A stretch of DNA of 64,000 nucleotides. It comes from Promethearchaeota archaeon. GTDB lineage: Archaea; Asgardarchaeota; Lokiarchaeia; Sigyniarchaeales; SOKP01. This document shows, piece by piece, positions 48,255 through 57,225 of the stretch. Where the stretch lies: the NCBI GenBank assembly GCA_048941285.1, contig JBHLNS010000003.1:83736-147735 (forward strand), read 5' to 3'. A program made the translations under genes and the position numbers. The notes under the pieces were generated by a model, which did not search any database, had not been told where the DNA came from, and was given only the letters and a program-made list of their open reading frames with translations. The first letter of the stretch is position 1; each line of letters starts with the position of its first letter.

Positions 48255-49685
48255 TTATTTTGTCTTTTCAATATTATGAAGTTCATAAACCCTACTAACT
48301 AGGTATTGGAAGAAAAATCGTTCACTTAGTATATCATAATGAGATTTACCTTTCAAACTTGTTAATTTAGCAATATCTTCGGGTTTTATTTTTTTCTCAG
48401 CAACAAGTTTAATTCGTGTTATATATTGATCTCGGAGTTTTATACGTCTTAGAATAATAGAAATGGCCTCTGAAATCTTTCTTATTAAATCTTGCAGTTC
48501 AGATTGAATTTCTTGTTGAAAATGTTCTATATTCCCTAAAAAATCTTTAACTTTTTCTATTATTGCTTCTTTTTTATAATAATGTATCAATTCTTTTTGA
48601 TTGAGAATGTCTGATAAAAATTTTATAATTGTATTTTTAAGGTTATTATCAATTCCATAATTCTTTAGCTCTTTTTCTAACTTTATTAAAAACTTTCTTT
48701 TTAAATACTGCTTAAATTTTATGATTATTGCTTCAGATTCACTTTGGTCTGAACATATTTCAATCACTTCTCCTTTAGGTGTAGAATAAGTAAAACCTAT
48801 TCCTTGAGGTCCTAAACCTCCAAGAAGAACCATTGATAAATTATAAAAATTATAATTATTTTTATCTAAAATTTTATCTTTAAATTGTAAAATATTTCTT
48901 GGAGAAATAAGATGTATCTTTTCCACTATTTGTTCGTGTTCTTCTTCTGTATCATTATAATATACTTGATCTTTATAATCTTTCTTTACTTCAATAAAAT
49001 CATCAATCTTGGCTTTATCTCCTTCTTGATTTTTGTGAAGATCCCAAAAAAATTCCTCCAAAGGGGTTAGTTTCTCTACATGGTATGAATTTTCTTCTGA
49101 ACTTAGATTTCTAACATTAAGACCATAAACACTATAGAGATTCAAAAATCTATTTTTAATAAAATCCATTAATTCATCAGGATCTAAAAAAAAAGGAATA
49201 GGATGGCTTATAAGATAATTATAAACAATATTTGGTATAACTTTACAAACGTACAAAATAAATGAGTCAGATGCTTTTTCAAATAAATCATATATATTTT
49301 CTATAAACAAGGTATTTTTTTCCCTGAAATAAATAAGAAATTTTTTTTCTGAATCATTTATTTCTTTTTCTACTAGGTTGTATTTATTGCTTAATCTTAA
49401 AATATTTATTATATCTCCTAATGCTGATGTTTGGTATCCTTTAGAGATCTTGTCAATACAATTCAAAATTAAGTTCGAAATAATTCTAAATCGATCTGAT
49501 ATTCTAGTAATATCAATAAAAATATTAAAATCAATTGAAGCATCAGCTAAAAGTTCAAAAGCTTTAAATTGCCCAGATTTAAGGCATTTTGAGAGCTTGT
49601 CATAATATGCCTTTTCAAGTTTCTTTTTATCCTTAATCTTTAGTAATTCTGATTTAAATTCGATAAAAAGTTGATTTGAGATCAT
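48255..49685 (-). CDS. Hypothetical 476-aa protein, co-oriented downstream of the Roadblock gene.
   Basis: This is a long uninterrupted ORF, mostly helical, with a central beta-rich patch (LSMVLLGGLGPQGIGFTYSTPKGEVIEI). I found no P-loop or other catalytic motif. Confidence 0.4.
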   Translation of the reverse strand: MISNQLFIEFKSELLKIKDKKKLEKAYYDKLSKCLKSGQFKAFELLADASIDFNIFIDITRISDRFRIISNLILNCIDKISKGYQTSALGDIINILRLSNKYNLVEKEINDSEKKFLIYFREKNTLFIENIYDLFEKASDSFILYVCKVIPNIVYNYLISHPIPFFLDPDELMDFIKNRFLNLYSVYGLNVRNLSSEENSYHVEKLTPLEEFFWDLHKNQEGDKAKIDDFIEVKKDYKDQVYYNDTEEEHEQIVEKIHLISPRNILQFKDKILDKNNYNFYNLSMVLLGGLGPQGIGFTYSTPKGEVIEICSDQSESEAIIIKFKQYLKRKFLIKLEKELKNYGIDNNLKNTIIKFLSDILNQKELIHYYKKEAIIEKVKDFLGNIEHFQQEIQSELQDLIRKISEAISIILRRIKLRDQYITRIKLVAEKKIKPEDIAKLTSLKGKSHYDILSERFFFQYLVSRVYELHNIEKTK

Positions 49686-49759
49686 AATATAATTAAAAAA
49701 TCAAAAGAAACATAATAAATTAAAACTTTGTATCAAAGATTCAAAACTATTAAATCTTT

Positions 49760-50131
49760 TTAATCTAATAATTCAGCAATTTTCTTTGAAACACTCTGAA
49801 TATTTAAAAAAACCATTCCAAGTGAAGCATCACTTTTCGCAAGAGTGCAGAGGATAGCATTCTCTCCAGCTTTTGATAAAATTATTATTCCATCTACACC
49901 TTCTATAAGAATTCTTTTTAGATCTCCACGAGCAAGTTCTTCTACAGCACGTTCAGACACACTAAGTATTGCAGCACTCATCGCACTCACAATTCCATCA
50001 TTTACATCTCTAGCAAGAACAGAACAAATAGGAAGGCCTTGAACACTTACTATTGCTGAACCTTGAATGTCTGAGTTAACGGCCTCCATCCGCCTTAAAA
50101 GATCAATGAGTTCGCTGATATTTTCGCTCAA
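49760..50131 (-). CDS. Roadblock/LC7 (MglB-like) domain protein.
   Basis: The 123-aa sequence GSAIVSVQGLPICSV..VSAMSAAILSVSERAVEEL..GDLKRILIEGVDGIIILSKAGENAILCTLA matches the Roadblock fold pattern. Confidence 0.8.
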   Translation of the reverse strand: MSENISELIDLLRRMEAVNSDIQGSAIVSVQGLPICSVLARDVNDGIVSAMSAAILSVSERAVEELARGDLKRILIEGVDGIIILSKAGENAILCTLAKSDASLGMVFLNIQSVSKKIAELLD

Positions 50132-50295
50132 GGTTTTTCAACTTTAAAAAATAGTAGGTTAATGATCTAATAAGATAATAATATAATAATAGTATTTTTA
50201 TTTTTATTTTTAATCTAATTTTAATGTTAACTTTATTAATAAAGTTAATACATATTTAAAAAATATTTTTATCAAAATCCGTATTAGTAATTTTA

Positions 50296-51273
50296 ATGAC
50301 TGAGAATCAAAATTTAAAAAATGAAAATCAAGAAGAAAAACGAAAGGAAGATTTAGAGAAAGAGAAAGAAGAAAAACATAAAATTGAATCTCTTAGAAAA
50401 GCAGGAATGATTGCTAAAGAAGTAAAGGAGTATATTAAGCCAAAAATTAAAGTAGGAGCAAATGTGTATGATTTGATAATTGAAACAGAAACAAAAATAA
50501 ATGAATTAGAAGGGAAATGTGCTTTTCCTGTTAATTTATGCATAAATAATATTGCAGCACATTATACATCTCCTATTAAAGATGATGGAACAGAAATAAA
50601 AGAAAATGATCTCGTCAAAATTGATTTAGGAGTTCATATTGACGGATATATTGTTGACACAGCATTTAGTGTAAATTTTAATGCAGATGACCCTCTTAAA
50701 AATATTATTCAAGCCACCGAGGTTGCTTTGGATGCTGCAAAACTAATGGTTAAACCAAAAACAAACACCAGAGTTATTGGGAAAAAGATCGAGGATATAA
50801 TCAAAGGTTTTAAATATAATCCAATAAGAGAATTAGGTGGGCATCAGATTGAAAGATGGACCGTGCATGGGAAAAAACAGTTACCTGAACTAGGATCTCA
50901 GGGGGGAGATGCAATGGAAATCGGTGAAGTCTTCTCTATTGAAATCTTTGCTAGTACTGGGTTAGGATCTGTTCATAATACTCAATATTCATATATCTAT
51001 GAAATTAATCCTTATTCAGGCAGGGTACCATTACGTAGAAAAACTTCAAAGCAAATTTTAGGATTTATCAATAATAATTATAAAACATTACCATTTGCAG
51101 AAAGATGGATAGCAAAAGAATTCAGGTTAGGAGTAGCTTTTGGATTACAAGAATTAGTACAACAGGGTAAATTACAAGCTCACAATGTCTTAGCAGAAAA
51201 AAAGGGAGTTTATGTTGCTCAAATAGAAGAAACAATACTTATAACTGAAGAAGGATTTGAACAGTTGACATAG
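50296..51273 (+). CDS. map: Methionine aminopeptidase, type 2 (archaeal/eukaryotic).
   Basis: Motifs are IAAHYTSP, DLGVHIDGYIVDTAFS, GGHQIERWTVHG and EIFASTG. The protein also has a ~30-aa K/E-rich N-terminal extension. Confidence 0.88.
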   Translation: MTENQNLKNENQEEKRKEDLEKEKEEKHKIESLRKAGMIAKEVKEYIKPKIKVGANVYDLIIETETKINELEGKCAFPVNLCINNIAAHYTSPIKDDGTEIKENDLVKIDLGVHIDGYIVDTAFSVNFNADDPLKNIIQATEVALDAAKLMVKPKTNTRVIGKKIEDIIKGFKYNPIRELGGHQIERWTVHGKKQLPELGSQGGDAMEIGEVFSIEIFASTGLGSVHNTQYSYIYEINPYSGRVPLRRKTSKQILGFINNNYKTLPFAERWIAKEFRLGVAFGLQELVQQGKLQAHNVLAEKKGVYVAQIEETILITEEGFEQLT

Positions 51274-51316
51274 TCATATTGATCTAAAATTTCAAAAAAA
51301 AATCATAATTCGTCAA

Positions 51317-52423
51317 ATGAAAAAATTAAATATTTGCCTTGTCTCTTTAACATTTGCACCTGATAGTCAAGATGGAGCAGCTAAATTCTTTACGGGAATT
51401 TATAATTATTTAAAAAATCATGGACATTATGTAAAATTAATAACTGCTAAATGGAATCTTACTTTTTCAGATCCTGACATCTATCAAATTGATATAATAA
51501 GAAAACGATTTCTATGGTTTCCACAATTCACTTTACACGCTAGAAATTACCTTACCGCTCATAAATTTGACATTATTCATGGAAATGGGCCTAAAGGAGT
51601 TTTACCTATAATTTTGTCTAATCAAAAAAGATTTATCTCAACTATTCATGATTTAGGGCCATTTGAGACAAAATTTACTACAATTCCTTTAGAGAAATTA
51701 TTAATTAAATATGTGGTTAATAAATCAACATTTATAACCACATGTGCCGAATCAATTAGAAAACAGATTAAATATTATATGCCTAATATAGATATTAAAA
51801 GGATATTTAACCTTTATTCGGCAATTGAAGAAAAATATAAACCCCTTCCGAAACATGCTCAGGAATTAAAAGATAAACTGAGTATTGAAGGTCCAGTTCT
51901 TTTGTATATAGGACGTATAGCAAAGTATAAAGGAATAAATGATATTATAAAAGCTTATTACATAGCAAAAAATGAAATCCCAAATCTTAATTTAGTAATT
52001 GGTGGTAAACCAGACTTTTCTATGGAGAAAATTTATAAAGATTGGCAACAAAAATATAAAGACATTCATTTTTTAGGCTTTTTATCAGAAGAAGAAATCC
52101 CAATCTATTATACTATGGGGGACATTTTTGTAACATATTCTTTTGCTTCTGAAGGCTTCGGGTTAACTCCTATCGAAGCAATTGCTTGTGGAACTCCTGT
52201 CATCTGCTCTTCAATTGGGGCATATAAAGAAGTATTACAAGATAATGCTATTTATGTCCCTCCAAAAAATCCAAAACAATTAGCGAAGGAATTTATTATG
52301 TTGTTGAAAGATGATCTTAGAAGGAAGGATCTTATAGAAAAAGCTCAAAATTTTATAAAGAAGTATTCATGGAATGCAGTCGGGAAAAAACTTGAAAGTG
52401 TTTATGAGAAATTTTTAAGTTAA
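51317..52423 (+). CDS. GT-B glycosyltransferase (GT4-like).
   Basis: The C-terminal motif is SFASEGFGLTPIEAIACGTPVICS. Length is 368 aa. Confidence 0.75.
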   Translation: MKKLNICLVSLTFAPDSQDGAAKFFTGIYNYLKNHGHYVKLITAKWNLTFSDPDIYQIDIIRKRFLWFPQFTLHARNYLTAHKFDIIHGNGPKGVLPIILSNQKRFISTIHDLGPFETKFTTIPLEKLLIKYVVNKSTFITTCAESIRKQIKYYMPNIDIKRIFNLYSAIEEKYKPLPKHAQELKDKLSIEGPVLLYIGRIAKYKGINDIIKAYYIAKNEIPNLNLVIGGKPDFSMEKIYKDWQQKYKDIHFLGFLSEEEIPIYYTMGDIFVTYSFASEGFGLTPIEAIACGTPVICSSIGAYKEVLQDNAIYVPPKNPKQLAKEFIMLLKDDLRRKDLIEKAQNFIKKYSWNAVGKKLESVYEKFLS

Positions 52424-53554
52424 ATTTAATTTAATTTCTTTTTGATTTAAATTTTCTTTTACGAAATTAAAGCAGATCTTATTAGGATTTTCAAATTGAT
52501 CAATTTTTTTTTTAAATGAACTTATCTTAAATCTTTCTGATGAAGGACCTTGACCAAGGATTTTTATTACCTTTTTCGATAAATCATTTGGATCTCGAAT
52601 GTGTTCTAAAGGAAAACCATTTTCTATTAAAAATTTCTCTTGGGGTGCAGATTCTCCTGGAAAGAATTCTATACTTGGTACATTCAACAAACTCGATTCT
52701 CTCACAATTGTTCCACCACCACTAATTACTAAGGCGCTATAGAAGCAAAGATCTACTAAATTCGGTAAATATTGTGTTATGATAACATTATTTTCTTTTG
52801 AAATAGCTTTTAATTCTTTTGAAAGAAATTGTTTTTGTTGTTGTGAACGGATTAAAAGGAAATACTTATAATTTGGAAATTCTTTGAAGATATATGGTAA
52901 AAACTCTTTGATTTGAGTCTCTTCTGGTCTAACTTTATGAATCAGATATGAAGCGTAAGAGGGTTCAGATCTTACTATTACATACTTTCCCCTTTCTATA
53001 TTAAAACTTTTCAGAATATCAGGATTTGGTTTATATTCTGAAATCCAAGCAATTTCATCAAGGCCATTGTACCTAATAATCTTTTCTGGATCTGCGTGAA
53101 GTTTTATGTATAATTCTAAGGGTATGCATTGAGGCGTGATAATATTTTCAATAAATGGATGTATTAATTTGCAAACAGGCTTATTTCGAGGTTCATCATT
53201 CATTCCAATCGAAGGAATTTTTAAACCATAAGCAATTCTAGTCCCTTCTATAGATAAAAAGGTTACGAAATAATCTGGTAAAAATCTTTTTATTATGGGA
53301 AGAAGTTGTGTCAACCGATCTATATAAGTTTCTAACTTATTTTCTAATTTTTCACCACCATGCCTTCCAATTTTTATATATCTTACGTCAGAATCATCTA
53401 AAATTTGATAAGTTGAATCATAATCTCGGGCAGTAATTAGTAAATCTGCATTTTCATTTTGAAACATTTTCCAGAGTGATTTAAACATTATTGCGGTTTT
53501 GGGTTGTTCAATGTCAATCCAAATTCTTTTACCAGAAAGACTCATCGTAAACAC
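52415..53554 (-). CDS. DUF354-family protein (GT-B/epimerase-like, archaeal glycan biosynthesis context).
   Basis: The N-terminus KRIWIDIEQPKTAIMFKSL..DLLITARDYD matches the DUF354 start pattern. SGGGTIVRESSLLNVPSI is a GT-B-like nucleotide-binding segment. Confidence 0.55.
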   Translation of the reverse strand: MFTMSLSGKRIWIDIEQPKTAIMFKSLWKMFQNENADLLITARDYDSTYQILDDSDVRYIKIGRHGGEKLENKLETYIDRLTQLLPIIKRFLPDYFVTFLSIEGTRIAYGLKIPSIGMNDEPRNKPVCKLIHPFIENIITPQCIPLELYIKLHADPEKIIRYNGLDEIAWISEYKPNPDILKSFNIERGKYVIVRSEPSYASYLIHKVRPEETQIKEFLPYIFKEFPNYKYFLLIRSQQQKQFLSKELKAISKENNVIITQYLPNLVDLCFYSALVISGGGTIVRESSLLNVPSIEFFPGESAPQEKFLIENGFPLEHIRDPNDLSKKVIKILGQGPSSERFKISSFKKKIDQFENPNKICFNFVKENLNQKEIKLNLT

Positions 53555-53669
53555 TAAAATGATAATAAGGTTTTATTTTTTTTTGAAATTAGTATTATTT
53601 TGATACGAAAATTTGACAGTACGCAGTAAGTAATATAAATAAAAATCCTAACTATCAAGGATTAAAAGA

Positions 53670-53963
53670 CTACTTCTCGCAAATACAAGGTTTAGATTTA
53701 CACTTACTGCACATATTAGGGTATTTTCTTAAAATTGCCGATTCAAGATTTACCCCTAATAAATTTGCTAATGAATTTGTCCAAGCAATAATATCCGCTA
53801 ACTCCTCAGAAGCGTTTTTGATGTCAATTTCTTTATTTTTTAAAATTCGAGCAAATTCTCCAACTTCCTCAACCAACCAAATAAAAGTAGCACTTAATCC
53901 TCTATCTAGGTCTTGTTTGAAGTAAAGTTCTTTAATTAAATTCTGAAATTCTGAAATTTTCAT
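53670..53963 (-). CDS. MazG-like nucleotide pyrophosphohydrolase domain protein with a Cys-rich tail.
   Basis: LVEEVGEFARIL and SEELADIIAWTNSLANLLGVNLE are the EExxE/ExxD-type MazG helices. The C-terminus is CSKCKSKPCIC. Confidence 0.65.
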   Translation of the reverse strand: MKISEFQNLIKELYFKQDLDRGLSATFIWLVEEVGEFARILKNKEIDIKNASEELADIIAWTNSLANLLGVNLESAILRKYPNMCSKCKSKPCICEK

Positions 53964-54013
53964 ATATATGTAATAATTATTAAATAATTATAATAAAAAT
54001 GACGTGAGAGATA

Positions 54014-54235
54014 TTATCCCCCTGCAGGAGTGAATAACCAGTCAAAAACATGAGCACGCGCTAAAATTACTATAAGAATCAGTGATATTGATAGAATTAC
54101 CGGAATAATTGGTCCCACTTTTATACCAACTGAACTATCTTGAAAGAATCTCATTAATCCTGCCCCACCTAATGGCATAGGGGCAGATCCACTTCTTCTT
54201 TTTTTACGTCTTGACTGAGTTCCTCTTGTTGACAT
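54014..54235 (-). CDS. secG: Preprotein translocase subunit Sec61beta (archaeal SecG).
   Basis: A basic N-terminus is followed by GGAGLMRFFQDSSVGIKVGP and a single C-terminal TM span. Length is 73 aa. Confidence 0.8.
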   Translation of the reverse strand: MSTRGTQSRRKKRRSGSAPMPLGGAGLMRFFQDSSVGIKVGPIIPVILSISLILIVILARAHVFDWLFTPAGG

Positions 54236-54390
54236 TGTTAAAAATAAATTAAGTATAATTTAAAATTACTTATTATATAAATACCTTAAAACATATAAAA
54301 TTTTATTTCGACATATAAAAAAAATTTTCATAAGTTTTTATTAATTATTTACATTACTTTTAGATAATTTCAAGGAAAAGTTTTAAAATT

Positions 54391-56280
54391 ATGTCAAAAA
54401 GAATAAAACCCCTTCTTTTACTCATAGTTTTTTCAATGATTTTTATGAGTATAATAATTATTCCCCAAATTTCTAATTTGGATTATTTAAATCAGGATGA
54501 TACACGGAATCTACAATTTTCAACTAGTCAAGAAACAACAGAAAACATATTAGTAACTTATGCCAATAGACGAGTAGATATAAATTTATATGGTGTAGTA
54601 AAAATCCGTGACATCTTGACTATTAAAAATCTTAACAATAATCCCATTAGTTCGGTTTTAGTGGGAATTCCACTTGATCACTCCAGCAAAATAATTTATT
54701 TTGAAAGCAAACGTGCAGATGAAAACACATATGCAGAAGAAAACACCTTATTAGTTGACCGATTAAACATGATTATGGATGAATTTGAAATGTTTATAAT
54801 ATATTTAGATTCACCATTATTACCGCATCAATCGAGTACAATTATATTCAGATACAGCTTAAAAGATGCAGCAAATCCATATATCGTATCTGAGGAACAA
54901 TATATTAACTATCAAGGAATTATTTTCCCAATTTTACCCTACAAAATAGAAGGTGAATTATTGGCATTTTATTTTTATCCTGAATTTCGTACATACGAAG
55001 ATGGCAATGATGAGGATATCACCGAGGATTGGGGCACATATAATCCCGGTCTTAATGCTAGAGAATATAGATTTGAGCAGATCAGTGATACTATTGGAGT
55101 TGCCTATATCGAACCTTTATTGGCAAATTTAAACGATAATAAAGATTTAAATATATGGTTTAAACATAGAAGTAGCATTAAATTGGAGGTTCAAGAAAAT
55201 AAACGTGAAATATTCATATCACCATGGGGAATTTTAAGAATCCGAGAAAATATATTAATTAAAAATTTAGGATTCGATTCAACGTCCCAAATTTTTTTAT
55301 ATATACCAGCTATTGCTTATGGTTTATATGTCTCAGATGATCTGGGGGAAATTTTAGGGGTTTCAATCACAGAGTTACCCGAAACAAACGAAAAACGAGT
55401 TGTAATTAACTTATTAAATAATCGAATAAGAATGTTACCTAATTCCTCATTTAGATTTGATATCGAATATCAATTACCTTTTGAAAATTATTTCTCTATA
55501 AATTGGTTCCAAGAGTCTATTGAAATTGAACTACTCACAACTACTTATGATTATTTAGGAAAAAAACAAACAATCACGATTTTAATTGATGGGTGTTTTA
55601 ATATCGATCATATTACTGATGCTCCAGAAGCGTTTAAAAAATCTCAAGGAATGGTATCGTTAACGTTTACCTCTGACTATGCGGTTCCAGGAGTATATAA
55701 AGTAATACAGTTTACTTTTACTATAGATCTGTTCAATCTACTTTTAAGACCTTTTATATTTATATTATTGTTTCTTTCTATTGCCTCAATTTATGTTGTT
55801 ATAGTCAAAACAAGAAAAAAAGAGAAAGATGTCTCTGCTTTGAAAAAAGAATTCATACCTGTTAATGAAATTCGCGAATTTTGTTCTTTATTTGAAGAAA
55901 AAAATGCATTAATCTTAGAAATTAGACAAGCAGAAGATGATACTAAACGAAAGAAAATTGCTAAAAAAATTTATAAAAATATTTTAACTAAAAACGATGC
56001 AAAAATAGAAGAAGTACAGAAAGAGATAATCCCATTCAAAAAGATGTTAATGGAAACAAATGAAGTTTTTGAGAATATCATAAAAAAGTTAGATGTGTTA
56101 GAAGCTGAAAGAATAAGTATTAAAGATAGTTTATCCCTTTTAGAATCAAGATATAAAAGAGGACGATTACCATCAAGAAATGCATATTTAAAATTATCAG
56201 ATGATTTCACAAAAAGACAAAGGAAGATTGATAGAACAATAGATAAATTAATTCAACAATTTAGAAGTTATTTATTATAA
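54391..56280 (+). CDS. Ribophorin I (OST1)-like oligosaccharyltransferase subunit homolog.
   Basis: Signal anchor is present. ANRRVDINLYGVVKIRDILTIKNL parallels the ribophorin I N-terminal block, and REIFISPWGILRIRENILIKNLG parallels the R-x-I-E-V-S-H-W-G-N-I..E block. YVSDDLGEILG follows, then a single TM span near residue 450 and a cytosolic coiled-coil tail, as in eukaryotic RPN1/OST1. Confidence 0.6.
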   Translation: MSKRIKPLLLLIVFSMIFMSIIIIPQISNLDYLNQDDTRNLQFSTSQETTENILVTYANRRVDINLYGVVKIRDILTIKNLNNNPISSVLVGIPLDHSSKIIYFESKRADENTYAEENTLLVDRLNMIMDEFEMFIIYLDSPLLPHQSSTIIFRYSLKDAANPYIVSEEQYINYQGIIFPILPYKIEGELLAFYFYPEFRTYEDGNDEDITEDWGTYNPGLNAREYRFEQISDTIGVAYIEPLLANLNDNKDLNIWFKHRSSIKLEVQENKREIFISPWGILRIRENILIKNLGFDSTSQIFLYIPAIAYGLYVSDDLGEILGVSITELPETNEKRVVINLLNNRIRMLPNSSFRFDIEYQLPFENYFSINWFQESIEIELLTTTYDYLGKKQTITILIDGCFNIDHITDAPEAFKKSQGMVSLTFTSDYAVPGVYKVIQFTFTIDLFNLLLRPFIFILLFLSIASIYVVIVKTRKKEKDVSALKKEFIPVNEIREFCSLFEEKNALILEIRQAEDDTKRKKIAKKIYKNILTKNDAKIEEVQKEIIPFKKMLMETNEVFENIIKKLDVLEAERISIKDSLSLLESRYKRGRLPSRNAYLKLSDDFTKRQRKIDRTIDKLIQQFRSYLL

Positions 56281-56292
56281 AATTTCTTTTAT

Positions 56293-56928
56293 GTGGAAGA
56301 GTTTATGAAAACTTGGCTATTTGATATCTTAGCATGCCCTTTGGATAAATATTTTCCCTTAAAACTATATATTTTTTCTTTTGAAAATGAACCAGAAGAA
56401 TTTCAATCAATTATTAACACTTATTTAAATCGAGATATTGAATTTATTAAAAATGAGGGTATTATAGGGATTTTTCATGAGGATAGCGAATTACTAGTCA
56501 AGGATAATATCAATATTGAAAAAATGAAACTCAAAAATTATCTTAACTTAACGTCCTCAAGCATTATTGAATTTGAAAATATTTTTGATAAATCCCCTAA
56601 CGATTTAAGCAAAAAATGCATAGAAATTATGAATTCTGATGTTAAATCAAGAATTCTCGAATTTTCGAGAAATCCTAATTTCAATCAGATTGAAAGTATC
56701 TTACCTGAATTATATTTTATTAATAAGATTAAACTTGATTTTGAAATAAAAACGGGTATATTATTTTGTAGTAAATGTAAACGTTGGTATCCAATTATTG
56801 ACACAATCCCTCAAATGCTACCCGATAAATATCGCGATCAAAAAAAAGATATTGACTTTCTGGAAAACCATAAAAATTTATTAGATGAAAAATTCTTTGA
56901 TCAAGATCTTAAACCATTTAAGATTTAA
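56293..56928 (+). CDS. Trm112-family-like protein with a large (~130 aa) internal insertion.
   Basis: The N-terminal strand LFDILACPLDK and C-terminal LFCSKCKRWYPIIDTIPQMLPD match the Trm112/UPF0434 halves. The ORF opens with GTG at 56293, with an ATG at 56305. Confidence 0.5.
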   Translation: MEEFMKTWLFDILACPLDKYFPLKLYIFSFENEPEEFQSIINTYLNRDIEFIKNEGIIGIFHEDSELLVKDNINIEKMKLKNYLNLTSSSIIEFENIFDKSPNDLSKKCIEIMNSDVKSRILEFSRNPNFNQIESILPELYFINKIKLDFEIKTGILFCSKCKRWYPIIDTIPQMLPDKYRDQKKDIDFLENHKNLLDEKFFDQDLKPFKI

Positions 56929-56976
56929 AGTCTAACCAATGAAGATTTAATAATTTTATCATAAATTTTATACATT

Positions 56977-57109
56977 AGCCCGGTGGTGTAGATTAATACA
57001 TCTTTTTTGTATTAAGCAAAGTGGCCAAGCATTTGGGGCTTTGAACCCCGCGACTGTGCATCCCCAGATGAGGTGTATAGCGAACACGGTTCGAATCCGT
57101 GCCGGGCTA
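56977..57109 (+). tRNA. tRNA-Gln (anticodon UUG at 57041-57043) interrupted by two ~30-nt putative introns at non-canonical positions.
   Basis: Exons 56977-56991, 57022-57054 and 57085-57109 concatenate to a 73-nt cloverleaf. It has the acceptor AGCCCGG/CCGGGCT, D stem GTGT/GCAT, anticodon stem TGGGG/CCCCG with loop CTTTGAA, T arm CACGG-TTCGAAT-CCGTG and discriminator A. Confidence 0.7.
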
Positions 57110-57225
57110 TTCATTTCTAATCCTTTAATATTAAAAAATAAAAGATTTAATACAAAAAATATTTTAAGCTTTCCACTGTTTTATTTATCAAAGTTTTAAA
57201 TTAAAATTGAGATAATTGGTAATAA

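Noticed and set aside
56977-57109. Alternative reading of the tRNA locus as a class II (long variable arm) tRNA-Ser(UGA) or tRNA-Leu.
   Set aside because: The only well-paired anticodon stem is TGGGG/CCCCG with loop CTTTGAA, giving anticodon TTG. The UGA reading requires a mismatched stem. The extra 3' segment does not form a variable-arm stem adjacent to the T arm. The D-region insert cannot be accommodated without excision.
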